This document shows positions 12,217-25,225 of a stretch of 64,000 nt of DNA, one piece after another. The position numbers were made by a program, and so were the translations under genes. Under the pieces are notes generated by a model. The model was not told the DNA's origin and searched no databases. It was given only the letters and a program-made list of their open reading frames with translations. Source of the stretch: Callorhinchus milii (Eukaryota). Positions within the stretch are counted from its first letter, which is position 1, and the number at the start of each line of letters is the position of its first letter. The stretch spans positions 11,286,001-11,350,000 of the forward strand of contig NW_024704742.1 in the NCBI RefSeq assembly GCF_018977255.1. The letters are read 5' to 3'.

Positions 12217-12525
12217 TATAATAAACCTTGCATTTGATATTACTTGTTATCACTTCTTCAAGACATCTCAAACGCTTCACAGAATTTACTGCAAAGTGAA
12301 TTGACCGTATATTTTGTGGGCAAAATGCAGCAGCCAATTGCACACAGCATAGCAGTCATGGATTGAGTGACCAAATTATTTTTTTTGAAGGGATTATTGC
12401 CCCTGGAAAAGCGATCTGCCAATCAACTAACGACTGGGTTCCTACTTACTGCTAGGTAAACAGAGGCATGTGGAGTAAAGAAACTGGGAATCGAACCTGG
12501 ATCCTCTCGCTTGCAAGGCAAAAGC
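12217..12525 (-). mobile_element. tRNA-derived SINE, long subfamily; an opposite-strand tail fragment abuts it at ~12158-12218
   Basis: Core and internal segment present, head degraded. Confidence 0.88.
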
Positions 12526-14350
12526 TAATATAAGTACTGGGCTTTTTGTAATAACAAATATAAAATGTCCTTGGGTGAAAAATGTCCTTTAGGTCTGAAT
12601 TCAACTAATTCTGCCAAGCTTGCTCCTCAAAATGTAATGCAACCTTATTCATTATTGACTTGTAAATAACATTGATAACTTGCACTGTCAGGATTTGGTG
12701 CTTTGTAGGAAAAGGTTCCATTCAGCGCAGAGAATTGTCAATTGTAAGTCTATTGTCATCTTTAGCACTGCATTGTATTTGCACCAGTTATTCTGTTGAA
12801 ATGCCTGCATCAGCATACCTAGAATTGTATTTTGGTTTGATTATTTGGGTGATTATTTATGCATGTAATTTTTTTAAATGCTAGAGCAAATTGTGAGAGA
12901 TTTCATTAGAGCGCAACATTACATTGTCATTTTGTAGACAGTTTGTCAAATCTTTGAATTGGGGATAAGATTTTCCTCACATATCTGCATTAAATCAAAA
13001 ATAATAATAAAAAAAGTGACATTATGAATGACATGAATTAAATAAGTCACTTATCTTGTGCAATATTTTGTATACATGTAGGTGGTTACAGTCATGCTTT
13101 CTGATTTATTATCAAAAATTCAACTACTGATCAGATGTTAAATGCTCTCCAGGCACCTGTCAAAAAATTGCATTTATATAGCGCCGTTCATATGGGGTAA
13201 CATCTTGGGACAGGTGGGCTTGAACATTGAACCATTAAAGTTCCAAATCTCTGCTGAAATATTCAATGTCTACCTTTAATTCACCGAAGGGCAGTCATTT
13301 TCTCTATATGGTCATCAGGCCACAAATTCACTTTACAGTATATTCTATGAAGTGCTTTGAAGACGTGATAAGGTGCTACATCAAATGCAAGGGTTATTAT
13401 TACTATTATCATCATCAAAGTAGCTTATCAGATGTGTCGACTCCAGACTCCTGTAAAGTTGCTTGTTAAAGCACACATTTCTCTTCTCACATGTACTGCT
13501 TTGCCTCTTCGTCTTGTTCACCTCATATATGTAGCTTTCATGTTGGCGTCTCTTCTGTGTTGTGGTGTGTTCCAGGTCTCCTTGGGATGTTGAAGTTTTG
13601 GCTTGATGTCAATCCCTCCATGTGCCAATTTCCTCAACTCATTGGGTACTCTAGAATGCTAATGTGGTGTGTGGTCTGAGATGAATTCCTCCTTGGAAGT
13701 GCTTTATATTTGTAAACACAGTATTTGTGTTGGACCCAAGTACATTGCAAATTTTTTTTAAAAAACTAGATACTGGAGTTGATCAGTGAAGCTGCAGCTG
13801 AACTTATCTGGTCAGGTGATATTCTCCACCTAGAAGTTCTGTGTTTAGTTTCAAACCCTGTGTAAAACCTTACATCTCTGACTGTAACTGTGAATTATAG
13901 ACTGCAGTTTCAGTGAGAATGATAATAGTTCACCCCCTCCTGCTAAGACTGTTTCGCCCACAAAAATACAGTCAATTCACTTTACAGTATATTCTATGAA
14001 GAGCTCTGAGACGTCTAGAAGACATGATCAGCCGCTATACCAAATGCAAGGATTATTATTATTATTATTAAATGCAAGTGTATTAGTAGCACTTGTTGCC
14101 TTTTGGTATGTGGCTGACTGCAATTATTAGATGAGTTTGTGCTGTTGAATTATAGTAAGGATGATTTGTCCTAACCCTAAGAGGTCCTGAAAGGTACGTA
14201 CCAGAGTTAAAACTCCTCCTAGAGCTTGCTTTCTGTTGTCTGAGGTGCCCAATATCTACACCAAGAAGCATACGTAACCATAGGCTTGACGACTTGACTC
14301 TGAATGCCAAATGTAGTGGATTTCTAGATCAACAACCAAGGTCCATCATC

Positions 14351-14706
14351 ATAATAATAATAATAATCATTGCATTTGATACAGCACCTTATCACGTCTT
14401 TGAGATGTCTCAAAGCGTTTCATGGAATATACTGTAAAGTGAATTGACTGTATATTTTGTGGGCAAAACGTGGCAGCCAATTGCACACAGCAGTGTCCCA
14501 CAAACAGTTATGGATTGAAGTGATCAATTTTTTTTGAAGGAATTGTTACCACTGGCAATTGACTAACAACCAGGTTCCTACTTACTGCTAGCTAAACAGA
14601 AGCGTGTGGAGTAAGGAAACTTGCCCAATGTTTCGCCTGCCAGGAATCGAACCCAGGTCTCTTACTGCAAGATGAGTGCTCTAACCACTGAGCAACAGGA
14701 CTCCAT
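14351..14706 (-). mobile_element. tRNA-derived SINE, long subfamily, full length
   Basis: Head reverse complement CTAACCACTGAGCAACAGGACTCCA; (AAT)n at 14351. Confidence 0.93.
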
Positions 14707-16149
14707 GTGCCAACACCTGACTGTCAAAGTCCTTGGTTGGACTACTAAGCCACTACCTCAGACCTGTCAAGTGTTGCTTGTTAGGAGTGACAGTCACTCA
14801 TTTCAGTTTAAAAAATGTAACTTATTTTAGCGAATGTCAGTCTTAAAAAATAAATGCAGCTGCCCATGTTTTTAAATGGGTTTGCAATTGGTGGCACTTG
14901 TGCCAATCATAAATATCTCTCTCCGCTAACGTGTCTCTGATGTTGACAGCTCTGCTATGTTGACTGTTAAAGCTGTGTGTGCATCAGTTTCCTGACCACG
15001 TTGCATATCCGTGACCATGTTCCCTCTTCACAGTCGGTTGCACTCCCATCTCCTCAATGTCGGTACTCCACAGGCAACCACACTGCAACCTTCTACCTCG
15101 CTGACCACCATTTCCTTATGATCAGAAGGCTGCAGGGAAACAAAGAATCAAAATAAAAATGTTAATTCTTTAAGAAGATTGTAAGTTTCCTGACTTTTTT
15201 GTGGGTGAATAAATTGTTAGGGACTTTTAGGGAAAAATCCCCAGGTTGCAAATGAAAAATATTTTAGCATCGACTGACCAAACTGAAGCACGTCTAATAA
15301 TAATGCTCTTTGATTTGATATAGCGTCTTATCACGTCTTCGAGACGTCTCAAAGCGCTTCCCAGAATATAATTTAATTTGATGGCTCGGATTCCTTTGCT
15401 CACAGTGTGACTTCACTGCTGCTTTGTTTTTCTTCAGTCCCTTTATAGTTTGCCCTCACATTCCCTTCTGCTTTATCTCGTTACATTTTAATAATGTGAA
15501 TCATCCTCAGGATTGCAATGTGTTTCCATGGCGAAAAAAAACGTATTCAGAGCTTAAACAGGGCCTGTTTCTATCAGCTCGCAAAATGACGGGAGTCATG
15601 GGTTTGAGGCGTTGTTTGATGGAATATCGTCTCTCTCCGAGAACTTGTGGATAAGGAAGCCAAAACATTTCCGGTCATTCATGACTGATTTTATCTGGGA
15701 AATCTTGGCTATCACAGTAATGTGTCAAGCTATTGATTACCAGGTATGAGTAGCTTCCTATGCAGCCCTGTGAATAAGAGGAGTGAGTGAGTCAGTAAGT
15801 GGGGGAAGAACCTTGGGGTGCATATTGCTGCTGAGTTATATAGTCAAGGAATGCTGAACTGACTCTTTAATTTCTCTATCTCATAGGGCTGTGGTTTGAC
15901 CTACAGACCTTATCCGCTTTGGCTCTCTGTTTTCTGGATTTGTGCTCAGTCTTGACTGGCCTTTGTCTGTAAATGAGGCAGAGGTTAGTCCTCAAATTTG
16001 ATTTTAAATGACCTGAAGTCGAGGTGCTTAAGAGAGATGTTGAAATTTGTGCAATCCCAATGCCTGTGCATTTCGACCTCTTCATCCCAGAAGTGGGCAA
16101 TTGATTTTCATAGTGTCGTGGAACATTCCTGCGTAAAGGAAGTGGTTGC

Positions 16150-16392
16150 CTTTCTTCCCCCACCCTCAGGAATTCCATTGCGGAGCTCCCCCCTCCCTTG
16201 CCTCCTTAAAGGCCCATCCGTCTCAAGATCTTTTCAACCATCTTCCCTCCTGCACCTCCCCCTGCCCTCCACACCTCTCTCTGATCCCATTTCACAGCTC
16301 TGGTGCAAACCCCTCACTGTCCACTGCTGGCATGTCCTCCCGACGTGAAAGAGAGGCGTTGTATAAATGCAATTTATTTGTTATTGTATTAT
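16150..16392 (+). mobile_element. L2 3' end fragment
   Basis: CTCAGGAATTCCATT...GCCTCCTTAAAGGCCCATC...TCCTCCCGACGTGAAAG tail. Confidence 0.75.
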
Positions 16393-16495
16393 TGCAGTTT
16401 GTTTATAAATTCACAGTCACTACAGTTTAAAGTCAATCCTGTGAGGCACGTTGAGAGATTCTGACGACATAATAAGGTCCTATATCCTATATACA

Positions 16496-16830
16496 GGAGT
16501 CCTGTAGCTCAGTGGTTAGAGCACTCGCTTTGCAAGTGAGAGACCTGAGTTCAATTCCAGACAGAGGGCGAAACCTTGGGCAAGTTTCCTTACTCCACAC
16601 AGAGCCTAATAATAATCCCTCCAAAAAAAAAAAAAAACAATAATAAATTGGTCATTTTCAATCCATGACTGTTTGTGGGACATTGCTGTGCGCAATTGGC
16701 TGCCGCGTTCGCCCACAAATATACAGTCAATTCACTTTACAGTGTGTTCTGTGAAGCGCTTTGGGACGTCCTCCCGACGTGAAAAGCGCTATATCAAATG
16801 CAAGGAATATTATTATTATTATTATTATTA
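16496..16830 (+). mobile_element. tRNA-derived SINE, young short subfamily, nested in an older SINE tail
   Basis: Near-identical to the 5787 and 55837 copies; flanked by the two halves of an old tail (...AAGGTCCTATATC | TATATCAAATGGAAGGATC). Confidence 0.95.
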
Positions 16831-17464
16831 TATCAAATGGAAGGATCATTATTTATTATTATAATAGAATTGGTGCATTGAAGCCAGGGTCAGTCTATGT
16901 CCACCTTAAAGTACACAGTCTGTCTCCAGTATAGTATGTGCCAACCTCAATGGTTGGAGTTGAGGGTGGAATCGAGGCCAAAAATAACACTTCATAACTT
17001 GGCTCAATCAGTTGTATACACAAGTGGGAATATATACCTGATGTGTGTGTCTAAATCACTTCTGAGGCCTTGCTGGTGCAATTAAGGCAGAGTTGAATGT
17101 ATTGCTCTTGTGTAAGTCCCACAGTACAAATGATGGAACTGAAGTGACCATCAACACTGGCACTTTCTGACTTGAGCTGCACCAATTTATTGCAGCTGAT
17201 TGTGTCACTGCACATACCCAGCCAGCCATCTTTGTGTTTCCTGAGTGAGCCAAGGGATATTTTGTTTCTCTAATTGAGGTGCTAAATGCTGTTTCGGATA
17301 AGATGAGTTCCAAACTGCTTCACCATTCAGAAAGGCTTTCTTTTATTCCTGTGCTGAGCTGGAGTGGAAATTGTGAAGTGCCATTTTCATGTTCTGGTTG
17401 TTTTTGAAATTCATCAGTATCTGTGTTGCCTCTGATGGTCTGAGCTTCAAACTATTAGTTGTAT

Positions 17465-17808
17465 TGATAATATTTTTTGCATTCGATATAGTGTTTTATT
17501 ACGTCTTTGAAATATCTCAAAGCGCTTCACAGAATATCTGCAAAATGTGGCAGTCAATCGTGCACAGCAGTGTTCCACAAACAGTCGTGGATTGAGTGAC
17601 CAAAATTATTATTATTTTTATTTATTTATTTTGTGAAGGGATTATTACCCCCGGAAAAGTGATGGACTAACAACCGGGTTCCTACTTACTGCTAGGTAAA
17701 CAGAGGCGTGTGGAGTAAGGAAACTTGCCCAACATTTCGCTCTGCTGGGAATTGAACCCAGATCTTCTCTCTTTGCGAGGCGAGTGCTCTAACCACTGAG
17801 CTACGGGA
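17465..17808 (-). mobile_element. tRNA-derived SINE, long subfamily
   Basis: Tail, core, internal segment and head are all recognisable. Confidence 0.9.
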
Positions 17809-18031
17809 ATACAACTTTCTGACTGATTCCCTTTTCTGGATCACCTGTGATGCTTAGCAGAGGGACCTTCACTTTCTTATGTTTCGTAAATATAGCTATA
17901 CCTCCTGTAGACCCTAACTGATGTCATTTCTTTGAAATATTTTGTGTTAACTGTCAACATAGATTTGTTTGAGATTTGACTTTCCAATAGGCTGTTTTGA
18001 AATGAGTGGAATTCTGACAGAAACCTATTTC

Positions 18032-18281
18032 GTTCAGACACATTGATGACACTGCATTTATGTTCTGTGATTATTGTAACAATTTCAGGCTGGAGTAAAC
18101 CATTCAGCGTGCCTGGTCTGCTAATTTTCCACAAGATTCCTTCAATAATTCAGTTCAGACATATTGATGACGTTGCATTTATGTTCTGCGGATTATATGG
18201 TCTCAATTTCCGACCAGAGTAAACCATTCAGCCTGTCTACTAATTTCCATCCAATTTCCCACAAGATTTCTTTGATTATTC
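18032..18281. repeat. Diverged tandem duplication, 2 x ~120 bp
   Basis: GTTCAGACA.ATTGATGAC..TGCATTTATGTTCTG...GAGTAAACCATTCAGC...CCACAAGATT occurs at 18032 and again at 18153. Confidence 0.9.
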
Positions 18282-21011
18282 CTATCTCTTCATCTAATAA
18301 CACTGAAATGTCTCAACGCTGTGTGCATAATGAGAAGGATTAGATCATTCAATTTAAATCAGATAAGCATTCGTACATGTCGAAATATCTTGAGTTTCGT
18401 GCAAAGTAATGTGTTCATAAATTGTAAATGAGGCCAGAATTGTCCCTGAAAGTCTCACCTTTGCCATTTATCCCTGATAATTGGGACTCCAATTATCATG
18501 AAGGAATTATATCAGCAAGGTAATGTCACCAAAGTGATTCATATAAGGTCAAAGGACAGGGAAATTTGTATGAGGATTGAAGGGGAAGAATTGTCCAAAA
18601 GTCTGGCACCCTGTAAATTGAAAGAAGTTGTAATTGAATCGAGTCTCTGAAGGAGCTGTACCAGGGCCAAAGTAATACTTGGCAGTATTTTTACTTTCTG
18701 TAGGGAAATGACATGAGTTCTGTGTGTGGGAATAAGTGTCCTAAGTTTCAAGGGGGAATGTGGGGACAGAAGGGTTAGAAGAGTTTGACCTTTTAGCTGT
18801 CTGCATCTTTTGAAAGCTCAACTAGTTTGCTGTTCCACATTTAAACATTTGCTAGTGAATCACCGAATTGAAGAATCAGTCTGACATCCAGATTTGAAGA
18901 GTAAGTCTGACTGTAAACAACATCTCTGAAAGAGAGATCTCTCCTCCAGCACTTTTACTGGAGCACAAATGTATGTCACTCACATCTGCAATCTTAAACC
19001 AAGATTCTTTTAAAAGCCTTACTCTATGAGACCACAATGCTCTTGCTTATTGAAATGTGTGCAAAGCTGCCACACAAAAAGAAAAAGTTGAAGCTTATGA
19101 CTTTTGTCTATCTTGTATGCAGTTTTTATCTGTATTTTCAGCCTGATCTTTAATTAAACGCCTACTATTCTGTGTCTGGATTCCAGTTCCACTACTGCTT
19201 GGCAACTCACTCCTGTAGCATGGGACAGTATGTGTGTGACAAACACAATTGTGGGAGTTTAATGAGCCTGCTGTGTTGAACAAAATGGTGCCAATGAGAT
19301 TGTGGAAGTGGGTTCCTTATTATCGTTTGCAGTCGGAATGTTTTTTTGACCAAAATAACATGTTCTGATTTTCCCAGTTTCACTCTTGTGTTTCAGAGAT
19401 AAAGGTGCCTGCAATGCAGATTTACATTGAGCTGCATAGATGCAGAAGGTCTCCATTTTCTTTTCTGTGCTAAAATTTATCTGGATTCATGGGGACACTA
19501 TTGGCTTCTGTATCTTTGAGTTAGGGAGGGTAAGGCAATCAATCAGGGTTCCTGCCCCTGATTGTTGTTGATTGCCCCAATTGGAAAAATGCATGTTTGT
19601 CGACAGCACTCGTCAATTTTGCTCTTTCTCTGGGGAACAGACCAGAATTTGTTATTCGACTTGGTGGCTCAGGTGGAGGAAAAACACCAATGTAGACTTG
19701 ATGAGCCAAATGGCCCATTTCTGCGATATTCCCTGATTCTAAATTGAAAGAACCTCAGAAGATTATGAAGGAGTTTTAGAATACAAAGTATCAAAAAGTA
19801 TTTTTGATGTAAGATTATATTACGCTCCTTCCATTCTTTATTTCTGGTAGTTCATTCTAAATGAGTTGTTGAGCATAATGAAACCTAATTTGGATCTTTT
19901 TCACAGAACTGAACTGTTTGCTAGCAGTAAAGGAAAAAGACCCACAAGCATCCACCCCATGGTATTTGTCAGTTTTGCTCTTGAAAGCCTCGTTGTTAAA
20001 AGTGACAGAAAGGTCTGGTTGCATTTCCATGGACTCTTCAGACCCGGTTTAGAAATCTGCCATTTTTGATCTGAAACAAAGATGGTACNTTTTTTTACAC
20101 ATGCACAAATTGACGTGTCTGGAAGGGTTGCCCTGAAGCCTCTTTTTATAAGTTCTGTGCTAAATTGAAGACATCTAAAGAAGGCTAGTCACACTTTGGG
20201 TTGCTGCTTGCAATTGAAAGTTGTGCTCCACAGCTTTGGGGAAAGAAGCAAAACAGCTAATAAGCTGATAATTTGGATAGAATTAGATGCCCTCATAGGG
20301 CTTTTATAACAAACATAACTCAGTCTCACATAATATGTGTTGGCACAAAAGCTGATTTGGTTAAATGTATGCAATAAATCAAACTTGAAAAATTGAAGGT
20401 TTTAAAATGCATGCTTTGGTTCAGAATAAACTACCATTATTACTGCTGTTTGGATGCTCAGGAGGTCAATTTTGTTATCCTAATTCAGGAGAAATGTTGT
20501 TTATAGATTCCATGTGCATCCAAGGTCCCACATAGCTTCTCTGTAGCTTTGCCTTTTTACCCAATTACAGACCAATTGTACAAATCAACGTCTGTGAGCC
20601 AGGAGGAAAGGACGAGGCTGTTGCTGAAGCTGCATTTTCCGCTCTGTGAACATGTCAATCGTGTCTGTTTTTCAAGGTTAGGTGTTGCCAATTAGGATTG
20701 TCCAATACATTATTTCTGCTTTTGTAGTCTTCGAACCTGTAAAGTAAACTGTTCTGCAGCAGATGCGCTGTCCCCATTGACCCTTTCCTTTCTTAAAACA
20801 ATAGTCTACATAATTTCTCTGTAGTTATCTTTAGGATTGTGCTTTAGAAGCATGAAAAGCATATAAAGGAATGACAAACTAATGAAGTTGAAACCTCTTG
20901 GTAACCAATTATTAGGTAAAAATTCCATCTTGATCTAGATTTACTCCTATATTAACATAATAATTCAGAGGATCCAGAATTTTGGGTAATTTCTTAAATA
21001 CAGCCTTCATT

Positions 21012-21392
21012 GGCGTTGTGTAGCTTTGTAGTTAGAGCACTCGTCTCGCAAGCGAGAGGATCCTGGGTTCCATTCACAGCAGGGCGAATCATTGGACAAG
21101 TTTGTTTACTGCACACGCCGCTGTTTACCTAGCAGTAAGTAGGAACCAGGTCGTTAGTCCATTCACGGATCGTTTTTCCTGGAGTAATAATATCTTCAAA
21201 ATAAATAAAAAATAATAATTTGGTCACTCAATCCACGACTGTTTGTGGGACACTGCTGTGCGCAATTGGCTGCCGCGTTTCTCCTTTAAATATACAGTCA
21301 ATTCACTTTACAGTATATTCTGTGAAGCTCTTTGAGACGGCTCAAAGATTTGATAAGGTGCTATATCAAATGCAAGGACTATTATTGTTATT
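21012..21392 (+). mobile_element. tRNA-derived SINE, long subfamily, full length
   Basis: GTAGCTTTGTAGTTAGAGCACTCGTCTCGCAAGCGAG head through TATATCAAATGCAAGGACTATT. Confidence 0.92.
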
Positions 21393-21699
21393 CATTGTGA
21401 AGCCAGTTTTCTGTAAGATTCTTTTAAGTGCTACAAAGAAATCAACTTCAGTTAAGATTGAATTGGACCCTTTCTGTGTGTGAACTATAACAATGTATTT
21501 TGAATTCATTGGAAGAAATGCACAGTCACAAGAAATTCCAGCTTTGATTGTGAGTCTGTGCTATGTTTATCCCGAGTTTGGTCCAGTCTCAATTCTTAAT
21601 TCTGAAATGCAGTGTACCCTTGGAAAATGTGTATGTAGGTACAATGAAGATTGAATTTGGCTGTATTGACCCCATTGGAGTCAAAGAACGATGAAACTT

Positions 21700-22745
21700 G
21701 ATACACAGAAGAAGACCATTTGGCTCATTGTGCCTGTGCTGGCTCTTTTTGAAGATCAAATATCTATCTACTGTCCTCTTGAAAGCTAAAAATGGATCCT
21801 AGCTCTGACATCTATCCTAAAGTGGGGTGACCAAAACTGGAAACAATACTCTCACTGCTTTCTCTAACTCATGATGTATTCAAGTTAAGAACAATCTCTT
21901 TGGTTTTATAGTCCATGCTCCTATTTATAAAATCCAGGATCCCATTAAGTTCACAGCTTTGCCAACCTGTGTTCCCATTTTTAACGATTTAAGTATATTA
22001 AACTTTACATTTTACCATTCAGTGTGTTTTCTCTCCTTCTGTTTCCTCCCAAAATATCTAACCTCACATTTTTCTGTATTTAATTTAATCTGCAATTTCT
22101 CTCCCCAATATACTAGCCTATTTTATCCTGACATTATTATTATTTTTTACATTTTTTTAAAAAAATGTAAAACATTCTTTTATATCATAAAAAATGTTAT
22201 ACCCCTAACCTCAGCTCTTTAACCTTAAAGCTTAAAATATTTAAAATATTTAAAGTTAAAGCTCGGATCTGAAATGCTGTACACTGTCCAGCGCCTTGGG
22301 ACGTCCTCCCGACGTGAAAGGCACTATACAAATTTAATCTTGTTGTTGTTGTTATAGGCAAATTTACAAAGTGTAGCTCATACCAGAATCCAGATCATTT
22401 ATATTATATAGGGAGAAAAGCAGTAGAACTAACATAGAAACCTGGGAAACACTATTAATGATATCTCTCCATTCCACTTGATAGCAACCTATTTCCTATT
22501 TTTAACCAACTTTCTTTCCATGCTGCCACATTACCATTCTCCTTTTATTTTTTTAAGAAAGCCTATGTGACATTTTATCATAAACCTTCTGAAACTCTGT
22601 GTATTATCTTTATCGACAGCATTACCTTTATCAATTCTCTTTGTTTTTCTCATCAAAGAACTCTATTACGTTTGTTCAGTATGATTTCCTTTTAACAAAA
22701 TCTGACTTTCTTTAATCAACCCAAATGCACATTTTTCCAAATAAT
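21700..22745 (-). mobile_element. Old, fragmented CR1 LINE, interrupted by an L2 tail at ~22261-22353 (+)
   Basis: ACAGAAGAAGACCATTTGGCTCATTGTGCCTGTGCTGGCTC; CCAAAACTGGAAACAATACTC; ACCTCACATTTTTCTGTATTTAATTTAATCTGC parallel the 37994 CR1 copy. Confidence 0.6.
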
Positions 22746-23339
22746 TAATATTTTGTTGTACCTTTCTCTCCACACACCCCCCCCCACACCTTCCACCCAC
22801 CCCAACACACAGCCGACAACCATATGCTGTATATCTAAAGAATGGTCACATATAGAGAGTACTGAAATGAGACATGCATTGAGAGGATAGGAAAGTATTT
22901 GATGGCACGATGGATAGATCTTATGCATCTCTTATGCAACATTTTCTCTTGATGTATTGCGTGATTGGTGTTTTGGCATTTTTGTGGTGCATACCTCAGA
23001 TTTAGTATGGGTGGGTGGTTGGTGTGTGTGTACTGATTCATCAAAGGACACGTGGGAAAAGCAGGAGAAGATTTTAAATATCTCTGCAAGTCAGGCCAAT
23101 GGGTAGTAAGTCTTACCCTTTGTGCCTTTCCAAAACTGTATCATAACCAGATGGGGAATTCACCCGAGGAGAGGTTGAAAATACCTGAACCAAAGGCAAC
23201 AGTACAGTTTTGTTTTGTAGTTCTTGTTGCTCCATATTGGAATACCAGTCTATGTGAGCTTAAAATCCTGACATGGGGCTTTATGAACATAAGAATTTTC
23301 AGTTTTCAAAGGCACCTGAAAACCTGTCACCCACCCCCC

Positions 23340-23640
23340 GCCGCTGCCCGCCCCCCAGCACCCTGCCCAATTATTCATTGTTCAGGCTTGAGGCTCAGTA
23401 ATGAGTGTCAACTGTAGGTTGTAGTATAGCCAAGCCTGACCTCTGCCCACCTGGTGACCACAGATGCGCATAACCATTAGAGGGGTCAGGAGGTAGCTGG
23501 TTTTCCACTCTAACCCTGGGAAGGTGGGTGCAATTTAGCCTCTCCGTACATTCCCAGCTGAGAGCAGCATGGACTGGGATTTGAAACCAGCGAGCTCCTG
23601 GTTCGTGAGCTGCAGTTCCATCCATTATGCCATCGAGGCT
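23340..23640 (-). mobile_element. Ancient tRNA-headed SINE (second family), copy with head
   Basis: Minus strand TGGCATAATGG (A-box-like)...GGTTTCAAATCCC (B-box-like); body is similar to the 37225, 40830, 50420 and 59270 copies. Confidence 0.55.
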
Positions 23641-25093
23641 GCCCGCGCACACTACATTTCTCTTGTGCTCAATCTTTGTGTCTGTGTATTGCACCACAGC
23701 TCTATGCTCTAACTCATTTAAGAAGCCGCTTGATGCTAATAATGGGAAATTGGAAGAATGCTCTAAATTGAGCCAAAGCATCTCATTCCTATGAATCTCT
23801 TTTTTGAGACTGTGAATTACTCCAGTGGAATTTGCTTAATCTCACCAAAATCTACAAAACATCTTCACAAGCACAGTCCCTCACTCTGGACATTGAACAC
23901 ACCTTCACCTCCATCCTGCCTCAGAACAACAAACTGAGCACATCCCTTGGATCATTCCTGGGACCTTTTCGAAGGAAAGCCTTAAGATTGGACTATTTCA
24001 ACTAGAGATTGTATATTGGAGTGACTCCATAGATTGTTGGCACCATATCTATCCCTGGAAATAAATCTTTATGTTATTTGATAAGATGATGATCCAGATC
24101 AGGATGGTCAACTATATGTGGTCTGCATGGGCCCTGCGGGTCGTAGATAATTACTGCAATTACTGCATGGAATAGCTGACCTGCCCTACAGTTTATTTGA
24201 GTGACAGGTGAATTGTTTTTGTTTAAATGCTGTGATGGACGACACTTTCAGTCTTGTGAAATGTGGGTATAATGGCTGCTATGAAGAATTTTAATTGGCT
24301 TATCAGCGAGCCAAACTGTGGTGGTGTTCATCGACTCTGCTCGGGTCAGGGTATGATGTTAATCCATGCACACATACACACACACGCACACAAACTCAAT
24401 GTATCGGAACCGGTCTCTGTGAACAGACCACATTGCAAGGTGGATGGATATTCAATGATTTTTGAATAATGTACAAAATAGGCTTTGCCCATTTTTGGTT
24501 CCAGCCGAGCTACCCGTCTTAATATCCGCGACAGAGCTTATGTGCAGGCTGGCTGCTTTTAAAATTGTAATATATTAAAAATTTGCTTTTGCTCTGCAGA
24601 TTTAACGAGGTGATTGAGCAGTGCACCCCATGCATCACAGGGGGAGCGAGTACTTGAAGGGCGCTATATAAATGCAAGTAGTTGTTGTTGTTGAAAGTGC
24701 ATCTGTTTAAAATATATCGATTATTGTGCGTACAGGAACCATATTTAATTTTGTGTGTGCACATTTGTCATGATAAAACCTGGCCAAGGAAGAATTACAA
24801 GAATGTATTGCTCCATATCTTGGCCTGACAATAAATGCTGTTTACCATGGTAGGTCTGCAGGTACGTTTTTGTGCTGTAAAACAAGCTCTTGTAAGAATG
24901 TGGGAAGCAAATCGTAAACGAGGCCATTCTGTGAATGTTGCGAAAATGCATGGCTTATGGAAAAGTTGAATTTGGATGCACCTTCAGTCTGAGTTTGCTG
25001 ATCTGAGCTGGGGCAGTAACTGGGCACTAAATTAACCTTGGATATGATCTACCCTTGACTACTGCACTGCGTATGCCTTGTTTAATTTGGATG

Positions 25094-25225
25094 CAACAAC
25101 AATAAATTACATTTGTAACGCGCCTTTCACGTCAGGAGGACTTCCCAAGGCGCTGGACAGTCAGGGATTTGGACCTGAGCAGAGGGTTGGGATCAGGGGT
25201 GCGGTGGAGGCCAGGGAGGGTAGGA
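25094..25225 (-). mobile_element. L2 3' tail fragment
   Basis: CAACAACAATAAATTACATTTGTAACGCGCCTTTCACGTCAGGAGGAC. Confidence 0.85.

Noticed and set aside
15097..15129. Minus-strand acceptor (TTTGTTTCCCTGCAG) with a 33-nt segment
   Set aside because: Weak donor (GTAGAA), unrecognised peptide and opposite strand to the other candidates.
15886..15982. Exon-like AG...GT segment on +
   Set aside because: Stops in all three frames; no further support.
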